The notes: generated by a model not told the origin, from the sequence alone. A DNA stretch of 64,000 nt from Trueperaceae bacterium (GCA_040905465.1 JBBDRK010000049.1:32001-96000), one strand, 5' to 3'; counted from the stretch's first letter, positions 48,172-59,238 are shown. Numbers and translations: made by a program.

Positions 48172-49548
48172 TTGACCGACTTCCAGAAGCACTTCACCGA
48201 GTACATCGGTGTTCACCAGAACGGACACCTATGGGTCGAGGGACTGGATTGCGTCGAGCTGGCCGAGCGGTTCGGCACGCCGCTCTATGTGGTGAGCGAG
48301 AGCCAGCTGCGACACAATTACCGCCGATTCCGAGAGGCGTTCGCCTCCCGATACCCTAACGTGCAGGTGCTTTTCGCCAACAAAGCGCTCAACAACCTGG
48401 CGGTGCGGCACATCATGAACGACGAGGGTGCCGGCGGCGACTGTTTCGGTGTTGCCGAGCTCTACCTGAGCCTGCTCTCGGGCGTCGACCCGGCAAAGCT
48501 GGTGCTCAACGGCAGCAACAAGACTCAGCAGGAGATCGACATGGCGGTCGAGGCGGGCGTGTGCATAAACATCGACGCCATGGACGAACTCGAGATGATC
48601 GAGGATGCCGCCCGGAGGTTCGGCGAGCCGGTCGACGTGGGGATTCGGGTGAGCCTTCTTCTCTCTGCCCTGGAGCATCGTCACTCAGGCTCAGACCTCC
48701 ATGGCGCCGGCAGCCTGGCCGACCAGGGCAGGGACAACAAGTGGGGGATGACCCTCGAGCAGACGATCGATCTTGCCAAGAGAGTGAAAGAGCTCGACGG
48801 CTTTACCCTCAAGGAGATCCACTACCACCTGGGGCGAGTGAGCCACGAAGTAGAAGACTTCGCTCACATGAGCCGCGAAATGGTGCAGTGGGCAGCGAAG
48901 ATCAGGGACGCCACCGGTAGCGCCCCCAACTACCTCGACCTGGGCGGCGGCTGGACGGTGGGTAGACCCGAGGGCCTGGGCCCGCATGGGGAAGACGACG
49001 AGACCACCCCCGCCTTCGACGACTACGCCGAGGCCACGACCGACGCCATTCGGGACGAGTGCGAGCGCCACGGTCTCGACCTGCCGGGCCTCAAGCTCGA
49101 ACCGGGACGGGCGATCGCGGCGTCGGCGGTAATAACCCTGGGCAGGGTCGGTGCGGTAAAGGTGCACCCGGACTTCAAGACCTGGGTCAATGTCGACTGC
49201 AGCACCAACCATGTCATCCGAATCTTCACCTCGGACTGGTACCACCACATCCACTCCGTGAACAAGGCGAGTCAGGAAGCGAACGTGACGGTGGACGTGG
49301 TGGGCTCACTGTGCAGCCTCGACCTGCTGGGGGCCGACCGGTTTCTACCCGAGCCGCGACGCGGCGATCTCGTGGCCCTGATGGATACAGGCGCCTACGC
49401 CGAGACGGCAGCTTCGAACTTCAACGCCGAACCCAGGCCGGCAACCGTGCTGGTCAACGGCGAGCAGGCAGACGTCATTTCCGAAAGAGAAACGCTACGT
49501 GACGTCATCGGCCGCTACAAGGTACCGGCCAGGTTCTTCGCCAGATGA
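48172..49548 (+). CDS. Diaminopimelate decarboxylase-like (fold-type III PLP) enzyme
   Basis: FGTPLYV, FANKA, LNGSNK, HYHLG, DLGGG, EPGRAI, VVGSLC, DTGAY. TTG start. Confidence 0.85.
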   Translation: MTDFQKHFTEYIGVHQNGHLWVEGLDCVELAERFGTPLYVVSESQLRHNYRRFREAFASRYPNVQVLFANKALNNLAVRHIMNDEGAGGDCFGVAELYLSLLSGVDPAKLVLNGSNKTQQEIDMAVEAGVCINIDAMDELEMIEDAARRFGEPVDVGIRVSLLLSALEHRHSGSDLHGAGSLADQGRDNKWGMTLEQTIDLAKRVKELDGFTLKEIHYHLGRVSHEVEDFAHMSREMVQWAAKIRDATGSAPNYLDLGGGWTVGRPEGLGPHGEDDETTPAFDDYAEATTDAIRDECERHGLDLPGLKLEPGRAIAASAVITLGRVGAVKVHPDFKTWVNVDCSTNHVIRIFTSDWYHHIHSVNKASQEANVTVDVVGSLCSLDLLGADRFLPEPRRGDLVALMDTGAYAETAASNFNAEPRPATVLVNGEQADVISERETLRDVIGRYKVPARFFAR

Positions 49549-49629
49549 ACGGCCAAGAGATCGATCGCGCAAGGCAACAAACTCATGCGAGGTTACGCAG
49601 TCTCAGGAAAGAACAGATGGAGGCACAGG

Positions 49630-50988
49630 ATGTCAGGCAGTGACAGCGAGCGGATTCTTCGGGAGAACAAGGAGTTCATACTCCACCCTTGGACGCGGCA
49701 GGCGGATGTCAATCCCAAGCTGGTAACCAAGGCGGAAGGTTGCCACTTTTGGGACGCAGACGGGAAGAAGTACCTGGATCTCGCTTCACAGTTGGTCAAC
49801 GTGAACCTGGGCCACGGCCACCCCAAGGTGGTAGCCGCTATCCAGGAGCAAGCTCGGAAGCTCGCCTACATCTCCCCTGGCTTCGCAACCGACGTGAAGA
49901 GCGAGTTGGGTCGCCTCGTCGCCGACGTGGCACCGGGTGATCTCAAGCGCAGCTTCTTCACCACGGGCGGAGCGGAGTCCAACGAGTTTGCCATCAAGAT
50001 CGCCAGGCTGGTTACGGGAAAGAACAAGATCATCGCCCGCTACCGCTCCTACCACGGCTCCACCGCCGGCGCCTTCAGCCTCACTGGCGACGAACGTCGC
50101 GCCTATAACGAACCGGGGCTTCCGGGAGTCAAACACGCTATGGCGCCCTACTGCTACCGGTGCCCCTTCCACCGGGACGGCAGCACCTGCGCTACCAACT
50201 GCGTCAGTTCGCTGAGCTACCTGGAAGAAGTCATCGGCCAGGAAAATCCGGAGTCAATCGCAGCCGTATTCGTCGAAGGCATCACCGGACCGACCAACGG
50301 CCTCTACCTGCCTCCCGAGGGCTACTTCCAGAACCTGCGAGCGCTGTGCGACAAGTACGGCGTCTTGCTGGTAGTCGATGAAGTGATGTCGGGCTGGGGC
50401 AGGACAGGCGAGTGGTTTTCCGTCGATCACCACGGCGTAGTTCCCGACATCATCACGACCGCCAAGGGGATAACCAACGGCATGGTCCCGCTGGGCGCCG
50501 TAATCGTCAACGACCGGGTGGGCAAGGAGCTCGACAGCAAAAAGCTGTGGTCGGGACTTACCTACAGCGGTCATCCGCTCGCGGCGGCAGCTGGCATAGC
50601 GACCATCAAGGCGATGCAGGAAGAGAACCTCGTACAGCGATCGAAGGAGACGGGCAACTTCCTGCTCGAGCGACTTGCCGAACTGGCTGCCCTACACCCT
50701 TCGATTGGAAACGTACGCGGTAAGGGGTTGTTCGCCGCAATCGAACTGGTGGCAGATCGCGACAGCAAGGTGCCGCTCACCAAGGGTGACGGCGTGCCGG
50801 CAACCTTGATGCAGGAGATTGGGCGCTCACTCGACGAGTCCGGAATCTACACAATGGTACGGCCCAACCTCATCGCCATAACTCCGCCTCTGGTGATCAG
50901 CGAAGACCTCCTCCAGATCGGTCTCGACGCGATCGATAAGGCGCTGGAGATAGCGGACCGCCACGTGAGTACAGGCGTTCTCACGTGA
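49630..50988 (+). CDS. Class III aminotransferase (omega-amine/taurine-pyruvate-like)
   Basis: NVNLGHGHP, SYHGST, DEVMSGWGRTG, TTAKGI, TYSGHP. Confidence 0.92.
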   Translation: MSGSDSERILRENKEFILHPWTRQADVNPKLVTKAEGCHFWDADGKKYLDLASQLVNVNLGHGHPKVVAAIQEQARKLAYISPGFATDVKSELGRLVADVAPGDLKRSFFTTGGAESNEFAIKIARLVTGKNKIIARYRSYHGSTAGAFSLTGDERRAYNEPGLPGVKHAMAPYCYRCPFHRDGSTCATNCVSSLSYLEEVIGQENPESIAAVFVEGITGPTNGLYLPPEGYFQNLRALCDKYGVLLVVDEVMSGWGRTGEWFSVDHHGVVPDIITTAKGITNGMVPLGAVIVNDRVGKELDSKKLWSGLTYSGHPLAAAAGIATIKAMQEENLVQRSKETGNFLLERLAELAALHPSIGNVRGKGLFAAIELVADRDSKVPLTKGDGVPATLMQEIGRSLDESGIYTMVRPNLIAITPPLVISEDLLQIGLDAIDKALEIADRHVSTGVLT

Positions 50989-51016
50989 GGCGAAGAGCCA
51001 GGGCAGCCGCTGACAC

Positions 51017-52942
51017 ATGACCCCCTACCGCCACCTGTTCTCCCCCTTCGACCTGGGCCCGCTACGGTTGCGCAACCGAATCGTGTGCTCTCCGCTCACC
51101 ACCAACCTGGGCACCGATGAGGGACTCTCGACTGAGCGCCACTTCGCGTTCTGGCGAGCTCGGGCGAGGGGAGGAGCGGGGCTGGTGATTCTCGACTCCT
51201 CCTTTCCCGAAATGCGCGGCAAGGGATTCGCTTCTCAAGTCGGAATCCATAGTGACGAGACGATTCCGGCACTGCGGAAAATAGCGACAGCGCTGCGCGA
51301 AGAGGGGGCGGCGTGCGCGCTGCAAATCGAGCACTCCGGTGCGCAGACGACCTCGCAGACGAGCGGTCACGTTCCTGTCGCACCTTCGGCCATACCCGAC
51401 CCTCGTTACGGTGAGGTTCCGCACGCCCTGACGAGTGCCGAAATCGAGTCAGTCGTGGAGTCGTTCGGCCAGGCAGGGAGGCGGATCAAGGAGGCCGGCT
51501 TCGACGCACTGGAGATTCACGGAGCACACGGATACCTGGTACATCAGTTCCTCTCCCCCTACTTCAACAAGCGCGTCGACGACTACGGAGGAGATATCGG
51601 CTCGCGTACCCGCTTCGCCCGAGAAATCATCGCCCGCACTCGCCAGTTGGTGGGGAGCGACTACCCAATCCTCTTCCGCATCAGCGCCCGGGACGGCCTG
51701 AAGGGCGGACTGGAGATCGACGATGCCGTGAGGATCTGTGAAGTCCTCGTCGACGCCGGCGTCGACGTGCTCGATGTGTCTGCAGGCATAGGTGCCACCT
51801 CTCAGATCATGGGACCGCCAGCAGGAACCCCGCAAGGTCCGCTGGTTGATTTCGCGCACCGCATAAAGCAGACGGTCGCCATTCCGGTCATCGCCGTCGG
51901 TCGCATCCTAGACGCGAACCTGGCAAACGAAGTCATCTCTCAGGGGAAGGCGGATCTGGTTGCACTGGGCAGGGCGCTCATCGCCGACCCGGAGTGGCCC
52001 AACAAGGTCCGTGAGGAGCGCCTCGAGGAGATCACCAAGTGCATCGGTTGCTGCGGCTGCAACGCCCGCAGCCGGCGGCCCGACATCATCTGCCTCGTCA
52101 ACTCACGGGTGGGCCTCGAGGACATGGGAGAGCCTCTGCCCACTGACGCCCCTAAACGGGTGGCAGTGGTTGGAGGTGGCCTGGGTGGGCTGGAAGCGGC
52201 ACGCGTCGCCGCCCAACGGGGCCACGCCGTCAGTGTGTGGGGTGCCGGCGATCAGGCCGGCGGGCTCTTCGGACTAAGGTCGAAGGCGCCAGGGCGGGCC
52301 GAATTTGGTGACGCCGTGAGCATGAGCCTGGAGAACCTTGCGCGCCTAGAAGTTCCCTACCGTGACCAACCTCAAGGATGGGAGCAGGAGCTGCTGGCCT
52401 GGGCTCCCGATCAGATCGTCTACGCCCGAAGCGGTACTCCCCTACAGGAACTTCCCGGCAAGCTATGTTCCCATCCCACACTGCAGGCCATCGACGTGCT
52501 GGACCGCGAAGAGGTGCCGGGACGTAGGGTGGCCGTACTTGGCGGCGGTGTCCTCGGCTGCGAAGCGGCCCTGCGGCTGGCGAAAGCCGGCAAACAGGTA
52601 ACCATCGCGGGACACGGAAGCAAACTGGCACCGGACACGCACCGCTCGATTCAGCAACACCTCATTGCCGACCTGCAGGCCCTGGGGGTCGACGTGCTCC
52701 TCGATTTCGACTCGATCACAGCAGACGGCCGCGACCTGCTGTTCCATTTTGCCGACACGCGGAACCGCCAAGTCGTCGCCAGCGTCGACACCATCGTTCT
52801 CGCCCTCGGTTTCGAGCAGGCGGCACCGCCGGACATCTTGCAGCGACTCGACACCGAGATCCACGTGATCGGAGACGCCTACGGAGCCAGCGACCTGGCC
52901 GAGCTGGTACGGGCCGGAGCGCTGTTGGGGCGTGCGATCTAA
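51017..52942 (+). CDS. NADH:flavin oxidoreductase (OYE/2,4-dienoyl-CoA reductase-like, Fe-S)
   Basis: LRNRI, RARGGAGL, EIHGAHGYL, GRALIADP, CIGCCGC...CLVN, VVGGG. Confidence 0.9.
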   Translation: MTPYRHLFSPFDLGPLRLRNRIVCSPLTTNLGTDEGLSTERHFAFWRARARGGAGLVILDSSFPEMRGKGFASQVGIHSDETIPALRKIATALREEGAACALQIEHSGAQTTSQTSGHVPVAPSAIPDPRYGEVPHALTSAEIESVVESFGQAGRRIKEAGFDALEIHGAHGYLVHQFLSPYFNKRVDDYGGDIGSRTRFAREIIARTRQLVGSDYPILFRISARDGLKGGLEIDDAVRICEVLVDAGVDVLDVSAGIGATSQIMGPPAGTPQGPLVDFAHRIKQTVAIPVIAVGRILDANLANEVISQGKADLVALGRALIADPEWPNKVREERLEEITKCIGCCGCNARSRRPDIICLVNSRVGLEDMGEPLPTDAPKRVAVVGGGLGGLEAARVAAQRGHAVSVWGAGDQAGGLFGLRSKAPGRAEFGDAVSMSLENLARLEVPYRDQPQGWEQELLAWAPDQIVYARSGTPLQELPGKLCSHPTLQAIDVLDREEVPGRRVAVLGGGVLGCEAALRLAKAGKQVTIAGHGSKLAPDTHRSIQQHLIADLQALGVDVLLDFDSITADGRDLLFHFADTRNRQVVASVDTIVLALGFEQAAPPDILQRLDTEIHVIGDAYGASDLAELVRAGALLGRAI

Positions 52943-53038
52943 TGCAGCCATCTGAGGAGGTGAGCGAAATGTGAACTACCCGGCCGGTCAACCCCGCCAT
53001 CGACCTGAAACAATTCAGTCAACCCCTGGAGGTAGACA

Positions 53039-54037
53039 GTGAAACTGAAAGGCCTTACAACCATCACCGGACTGCTGTTCGTTGCAGCGTCGTTCTCGCT
53101 GGCGCAGGAAACGACACTGCGGTTCGGGCACGTGAATGCCCCAACCGACATCGGCACCCTTCAGGCCGACAGGTTCATCGAGATGGTCGCCGAGCGTACC
53201 GACGGCCGGATTGAAATTCAGCACTTCCCGAACGCGCAGCTTGGCAACGTAAACGAGAATGCCGAACAGGTCAAGCTCGGCGCAATCGACCTTACCTTCC
53301 AGCTAATGGGTGGACTGGGAGCCAACTACATGGAGGAGTTCTCGGCGCTCGACCTCCCCTACGTCTACCGGGACGTCGATCACCTGATGCAGGTTGTCGC
53401 ACCCGACTCGCCGGTGATGCAGGAGCTCAACCAGCGTCTCGTCGCTGAGCACGGCGTACGGGTACTCTACAGCTACTACTTCGGCACTCGCCACCTCACC
53501 GCCAATCAGGAGGTCCTGAGTCCGGCCGACATGCAGGGTCTCAAGATCCGTGCTATCCCGCTGCCCGTGTACATCGCGGCGGTCGAAGGCATGGGCGCGA
53601 GTGCTACTCCTGTCGAGTTCTCCGAACTGCCGGTGGCCTTGGCCACGGGCCTCGTCAACGGTCAGGAAAACCCGCTCCAGACTATCGCCGCTGCGCACCT
53701 CTACGAATCACAGGACTACCTCATGCTCACCGGGCACATTATCTCGGCCATGGCAGTAGTCATTAACGAGAGTGTTTGGCAGCGGCTGAGCAATGAGGAT
53801 CAGGAGATCATCCTTCAGGCCGCGAACGAAGCATCTCAGTGGGCGCTGGAGGAGAACCTGCGGGCCGAAGAAGAGCTGCTGGTAGAGTTCGAGCAGGAGC
53901 ATGGCATGACTATCGTCGGTCCCGACGACGGCCTGGATGTGGACGCCTTCCGGGAAAACGTACGCGAGCGTGTGGAGCAGGACTTTGGGGATCAGTTCGG
54001 CGACCTGATCCAACAGATCGAGACGGTCGGTCGGTAG
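53039..54037 (+). CDS. dctP: TRAP transporter substrate-binding protein
   Basis: Signal peptide, FPNAQLG, GTRH, GLKIR, NGQENP. Confidence 0.92.
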   Translation: MKLKGLTTITGLLFVAASFSLAQETTLRFGHVNAPTDIGTLQADRFIEMVAERTDGRIEIQHFPNAQLGNVNENAEQVKLGAIDLTFQLMGGLGANYMEEFSALDLPYVYRDVDHLMQVVAPDSPVMQELNQRLVAEHGVRVLYSYYFGTRHLTANQEVLSPADMQGLKIRAIPLPVYIAAVEGMGASATPVEFSELPVALATGLVNGQENPLQTIAAAHLYESQDYLMLTGHIISAMAVVINESVWQRLSNEDQEIILQAANEASQWALEENLRAEEELLVEFEQEHGMTIVGPDDGLDVDAFRENVRERVEQDFGDQFGDLIQQIETVGR

Positions 54038-54077
54038 GGACAAGGGTCAGTCGGAACAAGACGTCCGGGGCCAGAGT

Positions 54078-54114
54078 CGGTGCTGTCGGAAGCTTGATGC
54101 TCCCGCCGGCACCG
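54078..54114 (+). terminator. Stem-loop between dctP and dctQ
   Basis: CGGTGCTGTCGGAAGC-TTGAT-GCTCCCGCCGGCACCG imperfect hairpin. Confidence 0.4.
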
Positions 54115-54188
54115 CTCGCCACACTCTCGCCCGCTCCCCCGGCACCTCACGGCCACCATAGTTTCGGGCCGGCTCAGAAGGGTTAACG

Positions 54189-54692
54189 GTGAAACAACCG
54201 AACGTTATCTCGCGAATTCTCGAGTATGTCTCGGCAATTGGACTGCTGGGGATTGTCGTGATACTGCTCTTCCAGCTGATGGTTCGCACTCTGTCGTTCG
54301 GTTCGTTCTCCTGGACCGATGAGCTTGCCCGCTACCTCATGATTTCGATGGTGTTCCTCGCGGCTCCGGCCGTGCTGGAGGTCGACGAGCACATCAAGGT
54401 GGAGTTCTTCGTCGATCGCCTGCCGCCGGTCGTCAAAGACGTCATCATCGCCGTGAGCGCAATCCTGGTCGCAGCATTCGCTGCATTTCTGGCATACAGC
54501 TCCATCAATCTGATGACCAACCTATCGTCATCTCGAACCCCGGCATTGCGTATGCCGATGCCACTGTTCCTGGCGGGCGCAGTCATAGGCAGCGCCGCCC
54601 TGGCACTAGCCGGCTGCCTCAAGGCCTACTCCCGGATATGCGATGTCTTCGTGCGTAACCCGGACGGCCGTGATTCAGAGGGCGACCTGTGA
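54189..54692 (+). CDS. dctQ: TRAP transporter small permease
   Basis: Four TM segments, WTDELARY, HIKVEFF. Confidence 0.9.
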   Translation: MKQPNVISRILEYVSAIGLLGIVVILLFQLMVRTLSFGSFSWTDELARYLMISMVFLAAPAVLEVDEHIKVEFFVDRLPPVVKDVIIAVSAILVAAFAAFLAYSSINLMTNLSSSRTPALRMPMPLFLAGAVIGSAALALAGCLKAYSRICDVFVRNPDGRDSEGDL

Positions 54693-55969
54693 CCGGAACG
54701 ACCGTCATCATCATCTTCCTCGTCCTGCTGGTCATACGGGTACCGCTGGCATTCAGCATGGCCATGGCCGGCATTGCTTACGTGGTGGTCGACGGCCTCC
54801 CCATATCTATAAGTGCCCAGCGGATGATCAACGCTATCAACTCGTTTCCGCTCCTGGCAGTACCGCTGTTCATCTTTGCCGGCCACGTATTCAATGTCGC
54901 CGGCGTGACCAACAGCATTTTCCGTCTCGCCCGCCTGTTCCTTGGCCGGCAGCCCGGAGGTATGGCGCAAGTGAACGTGGGAGCAAGTCTGGTCTTTTCC
55001 GGTATGTCCGGGGCCGCACTCGCGGACATCGGCGGCCTGGGGAACATCGAAATACGCGCCATGACCGACCAGGGCTACCGGAAGTCGGTAAGCGCAGCCA
55101 TTACCGTCGCTTCTGCGACCATCGGTCCCATCTTTCCCCCCAGCATCCCGCTGATTATCTACGCCGTGGTGGCATCGGCTTCGTCGCTGCAACTGCTCCT
55201 GGCTGGCATCGTACCGGCGCTCCTGCTCACGGCATTCCTGATGGTGCAACTCTTCTTCATCGCCCGCAGGAACCCGAAGGACTATCCGGTTGATCCAATC
55301 TCACCGCAACGAGGCGACAGGCGACGTGCCTTCGTGTCGGCCCTCCCGGCACTATTCGCGCCGGTGCTGCTCATCAGCGGCCTTTTGGTCGGGGCGTTTA
55401 GCCCTACTGAGATCGCCGCGGTCACACTGTTCTACGCGATCATCTTGGGAGTGTTCGTCTATCGCGAACTGACGCTCGCGAAGTTCATGTCAGCCGTGGC
55501 ACTTACAGTGCGCACCACTAGCTCCATTCTCATCATCGCCTCAGCCTCGGGACTGTTCTCGCTGGCCCTCACCTTCGAGGGGGTGCCACAGCAACTCTCG
55601 TCGGCCCTTCTTGGCATAAGCGACAACCGACTGGTGCTGCTTCTCCTGGTGAACGTCCTGCTACTCATCGTGGGGATGTTCATGGACACCATTGCGGCTC
55701 TGCTCGTGGTGGTGCCGCTGCTCGTCCCTCCCCTGGTCACGGCCGGCGTCGATCCGATTCACCTGGGGGTGGTGGTGGTGCTGAACCTGATGATAGGACT
55801 GCTGACGCCACCCGTAGGCATGAGCCTCTACCTGATAAGCGACATCGCCAAGGTAAAGGTCGAGGAGGTGGTGAAGGAAGTGATCCCCTTCCTCATCCCA
55901 CTCTTCTTAGCGCTTATCGTGCTTACCCTCGTCCCCGAGATCTCGCTCTGGCTCCCGGGACTATTTTGA
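54689..55969 (+). CDS. dctM: TRAP transporter large permease
   Basis: LLAVPLF, SGMSGAALAD, PPSIP, TPPVG. Confidence 0.93.
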   Translation: MTGTTVIIIFLVLLVIRVPLAFSMAMAGIAYVVVDGLPISISAQRMINAINSFPLLAVPLFIFAGHVFNVAGVTNSIFRLARLFLGRQPGGMAQVNVGASLVFSGMSGAALADIGGLGNIEIRAMTDQGYRKSVSAAITVASATIGPIFPPSIPLIIYAVVASASSLQLLLAGIVPALLLTAFLMVQLFFIARRNPKDYPVDPISPQRGDRRRAFVSALPALFAPVLLISGLLVGAFSPTEIAAVTLFYAIILGVFVYRELTLAKFMSAVALTVRTTSSILIIASASGLFSLALTFEGVPQQLSSALLGISDNRLVLLLLVNVLLLIVGMFMDTIAALLVVVPLLVPPLVTAGVDPIHLGVVVVLNLMIGLLTPPVGMSLYLISDIAKVKVEEVVKEVIPFLIPLFLALIVLTLVPEISLWLPGLF

Positions 55970-55970
55970 G

Positions 55971-57044
55971 GTGATTATGGACGCGCGACAGCAAGCGAGC
56001 AGCCGTATCGAGACCGTCCTGGGACCGGTAGATCCGGTTGACGCCGGAATGGCGCTAATCCACGAGCACGTGCTGTTTGACCTCACCTGCCTGTACTCTG
56101 CCCTCTCCCAGGGACCCCCTAGTAGCTGGTTGGAGGGGGCAGAGGAGGGCCTGTCACTCGCGTTGCTGGGCTGGACTCGCATGCACCCCTACAACAGCAT
56201 GGAGAACCTGAAATGCAGCGAGATCGCGACGGCGATTGCCGAGTTGGAGCGCTACAAGTTGGCGGGCGGCGGCCTGATTGCCGACGTGAGCAACGTTAGC
56301 ATAGGCCGCAATCCTCAGGGCTTGCGGAGGGCTGCCGAAGCGACCGGTGTTCACATAGTCATGGGCTGCGGCTACTACGTTGCCAAGTCTCATCCGCCCG
56401 AGCTAGATAAAGCTACCGTCGAGGAACTAGCCAACGAAATGATAGCCGACATAACCATTGGCGTTGATGACACCGGGATCCGCGCTGGTGTTATTGGAGA
56501 ACTTGGCCTCTCCGATCCCGGAGTAAAGACGGAGCATACCTGCATCGAGGCGGCGGCAATGGCGCAGCAGGAAACCGGCTGCGCCATTGTCATGCACAGT
56601 CCGGCTGGTCCGCAAGGACCGTTCCAAGCGGCCAGCCTGTTGGAACAGGCGGGAGCAGATCCCACGAGAACAGTGATATCGCATGTAGATGCGCGCTTTG
56701 GCGAAGAGATCGACTCCTACCGGCGGCTCGCCGACCACGGCTTCGTGCTTGGTCTCGATACCTTTGGCCGGGATATATACATCGACTTCATGAAGTTGCA
56801 ACTGCCCAACGACAGCGCCCGAATCCGAGCCGTCAAGGCCCTTTGCGACGCCGGCATGAGGGAGCAGTTGGTGCTGGCTCAGGACATCTGCCTGAAGATG
56901 GAGCTCTGCAGCTTCGGCGGCTACGGTTACGGTCACCTGCTCGAGAATCTCTGGTCACGATTTTTGGACGCCGGTCTGGCAGAAAAGGACCTGCTCCAAG
57001 TTCTGCAGATAAATCCCGTCAGGCTGTTGACAGTGACTTCCTGA
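55971..57044 (+). CDS. Phosphotriesterase-like lactonase family protein
   Basis: IETVLGPV, HEH, GRNP, GVIGELG, ISHVD, AQDIC, GGYGYGHL. Confidence 0.9.
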   Translation: MIMDARQQASSRIETVLGPVDPVDAGMALIHEHVLFDLTCLYSALSQGPPSSWLEGAEEGLSLALLGWTRMHPYNSMENLKCSEIATAIAELERYKLAGGGLIADVSNVSIGRNPQGLRRAAEATGVHIVMGCGYYVAKSHPPELDKATVEELANEMIADITIGVDDTGIRAGVIGELGLSDPGVKTEHTCIEAAAMAQQETGCAIVMHSPAGPQGPFQAASLLEQAGADPTRTVISHVDARFGEEIDSYRRLADHGFVLGLDTFGRDIYIDFMKLQLPNDSARIRAVKALCDAGMREQLVLAQDICLKMELCSFGGYGYGHLLENLWSRFLDAGLAEKDLLQVLQINPVRLLTVTS

Positions 57045-57237
57045 ACACTACTGGAGACGGTGGCTGGTCGGCTCCAAGATAAATAACTTCAGGCGTGCAG
57101 GCTGGTTCGCGACGAGCGGCAGGTTGGCGACCGTCGCCTACTATACCGTCATTGTCGCGGCGTATATGCGCCCCTGAGAGAAGAGTCGGCAGTGAGGCTG
57201 GCGCGCGGCGACGGGGAAATTCTCGCGGTCGCTACCG

Positions 57238-57607
57238 CTACAGCATGTCATCCAAAGCCCAGTGATTGCCCCACCGAGCGTCGATCTCGTCCCTGACACT
57301 CTGGTAGCGGATATCGGTCGACAGCCGGATGCGCCCGCTCGGATCGACGTTATCGGTGGCGGCGTGGATCATGTAGGCGCTGTGCACTACGATGTCGCCG
57401 GCCTGGTAATCGGCCCCCAGCCAGCGGGCGTCGAAGCGCTCGGCCATGTCCGGCAGGTCCCTGCCGATCCAGCCACCCTCGGCCATGTTCTTGTTGTAGG
57501 CACTGATCCGCTCCTCGGGAGGCAGGTCGGCGTTACGCTCTGCGAACTCCCGCTCCATCTTGCGACCCAGTTCATCGGAGCCCTCCAGATAGAGGACGCC
57601 GCCCAGG
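57238..57607 (-). pseudogene. C-terminal fragment of a phytanoyl-CoA dioxygenase (PhyH) family gene
   Basis: GGVLYLEGS...YQAGDIVVHSAYMIHAATDN...RLSTDIRYQ. The N-terminal HxD region is absent. Confidence 0.75.
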
Positions 57608-57974
57608 CGGTACAGACGCTGTCGCTCCCGCCCCGCAGGACTACGGGCGTTCCCGACCTCGGCATTCGATCCCTGGAGAAGATCTGACTCCACTACGGCT
57701 ACCAGCGACGCGACCGCTATAACTTCCCGGTCAAGAAGCTCGACGACTGGTACAGCCCGCCCGACCCTCGGGCCGCCCGGTCTGAGTTTCGTTGAAACAC
57801 GTACAAAGTGACCCTGGTCACAACGCCACGCTGATAAGCAAGGATGATCGCCTCCTCGCATTCGACGGTGTCAACTGCATCTGGTGAGCGACGTTGGGCC
57901 TGTTCACGTCAGTTCCCAGGCCCGGCGCGAAGTTGCGCCATCGGCGAAAACGGACTTGGATCCCCGTAAAACGT

Positions 57975-59132
57975 TTAGCGCCACCTCAGCAGCAGAACGC
58001 AGGCTGGAGCGAGAAGCAAGCTACCAAGGATGAAGGTACTCCGTAGCCCGGCCAGTTCGGCGACTAGGCCCAAGAGGAGCGGACCGACCACCAGTGCGGC
58101 GTAGTTGCCCGTCAATCGAAGCCCTAGCGCAACTCCGCGGTGCTCGTGCTTCACGTGATCGACGATTGAAACCATCGACAGCGGTAGGGCGACGCCCAAG
58201 CCAATGCCCAGCAGCACGGAGGCCAGTGCGAGAGGAGTAAGCGTTATCGACACGCCGGTTAGCATCAATGACGCCCCCGCAGCGAGTAATGTGGCCAGGA
58301 AGGACCTCGATCGACCGGTCAATAATGAGACGATGCGCGGCATGAACGGCCTTATGATCACCGAAGCCAGCGCACGGGCACTTATCAAGGCGCCAATCAC
58401 AGTCGCGGGATACTCCAGCAGGTCCAGATAGACAGGGAAGAATGCCTGGTGGATACTGAGCGCGAAGATCACGCTGGCGCTCACGACCATGGCTACCTTG
58501 ACTCCCGGAGTCCTCGGGAGAGCAGTCAAGATGCGGAGATCCAGGAGCCTACCCCTGTCAGTACCTCCAGTCGTTTCGGACTTTCGAATCAAGGGCGATA
58601 GAACTACTGCGACAACGGCAACCGCACCGGCGGCGGCGAAGGCCGCGACGAAACCGAGGGAATCCGCAATAAATCCGGCCAGTACGGGCCCAATAAGCTG
58701 ACCTACCGACAAGAAAGTCGTGTACCAGCCGAAGTTCACTTCGTGGAGCTTCCCGCTGCCCAGGCTTGCCACATAGGTTTGCGCGGCAACGACGAGGACC
58801 AGATGAAAGAGCCCGACGAACAGCTGGGAGAAGCCTAGGGCCAGGAGGGATGGCCACATAGCGACCGCCACGGGAGCCAGCGCAAGACCAATGGCACCTA
58901 GGATTATTGGCCGCTTCGGCCCAAATCGGTCGACGACCCCGCCCGTTGGTATGGCGAAGAAGAGCGGTAGCAGCGCTCCTGCCGACACCAGTACGCCAAC
59001 CAGGCCAGGTGAGGCGCCCAGCTCGAAGCCAAGGAGCGGCACCAGCGGGGCGACCATGGAATGCGTGGTGAATGCTGCGGCCATAGTGCCACAGATGACC
59101 CATAACGCAGGACTGTTCCGGGAACCGGTCAT
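57975..59132 (-). CDS. MFS transporter
   Basis: About 12 hydrophobic segments and GGVVDRFGPK (motif A). Confidence 0.92.
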   Translation of the reverse strand: MTGSRNSPALWVICGTMAAAFTTHSMVAPLVPLLGFELGASPGLVGVLVSAGALLPLFFAIPTGGVVDRFGPKRPIILGAIGLALAPVAVAMWPSLLALGFSQLFVGLFHLVLVVAAQTYVASLGSGKLHEVNFGWYTTFLSVGQLIGPVLAGFIADSLGFVAAFAAAGAVAVVAVVLSPLIRKSETTGGTDRGRLLDLRILTALPRTPGVKVAMVVSASVIFALSIHQAFFPVYLDLLEYPATVIGALISARALASVIIRPFMPRIVSLLTGRSRSFLATLLAAGASLMLTGVSITLTPLALASVLLGIGLGVALPLSMVSIVDHVKHEHRGVALGLRLTGNYAALVVGPLLLGLVAELAGLRSTFILGSLLLAPACVLLLRWR

Positions 59133-59238
59133 TAATCCAAGATCCCATAAGCATACTTAGTCCCGGCGACCATTTGCCCGGGAACCCTCGTCCGTTGGGC
59201 ACTGACCACTTCGAGGCCCGGCGTTCGGCGACGTCGGC

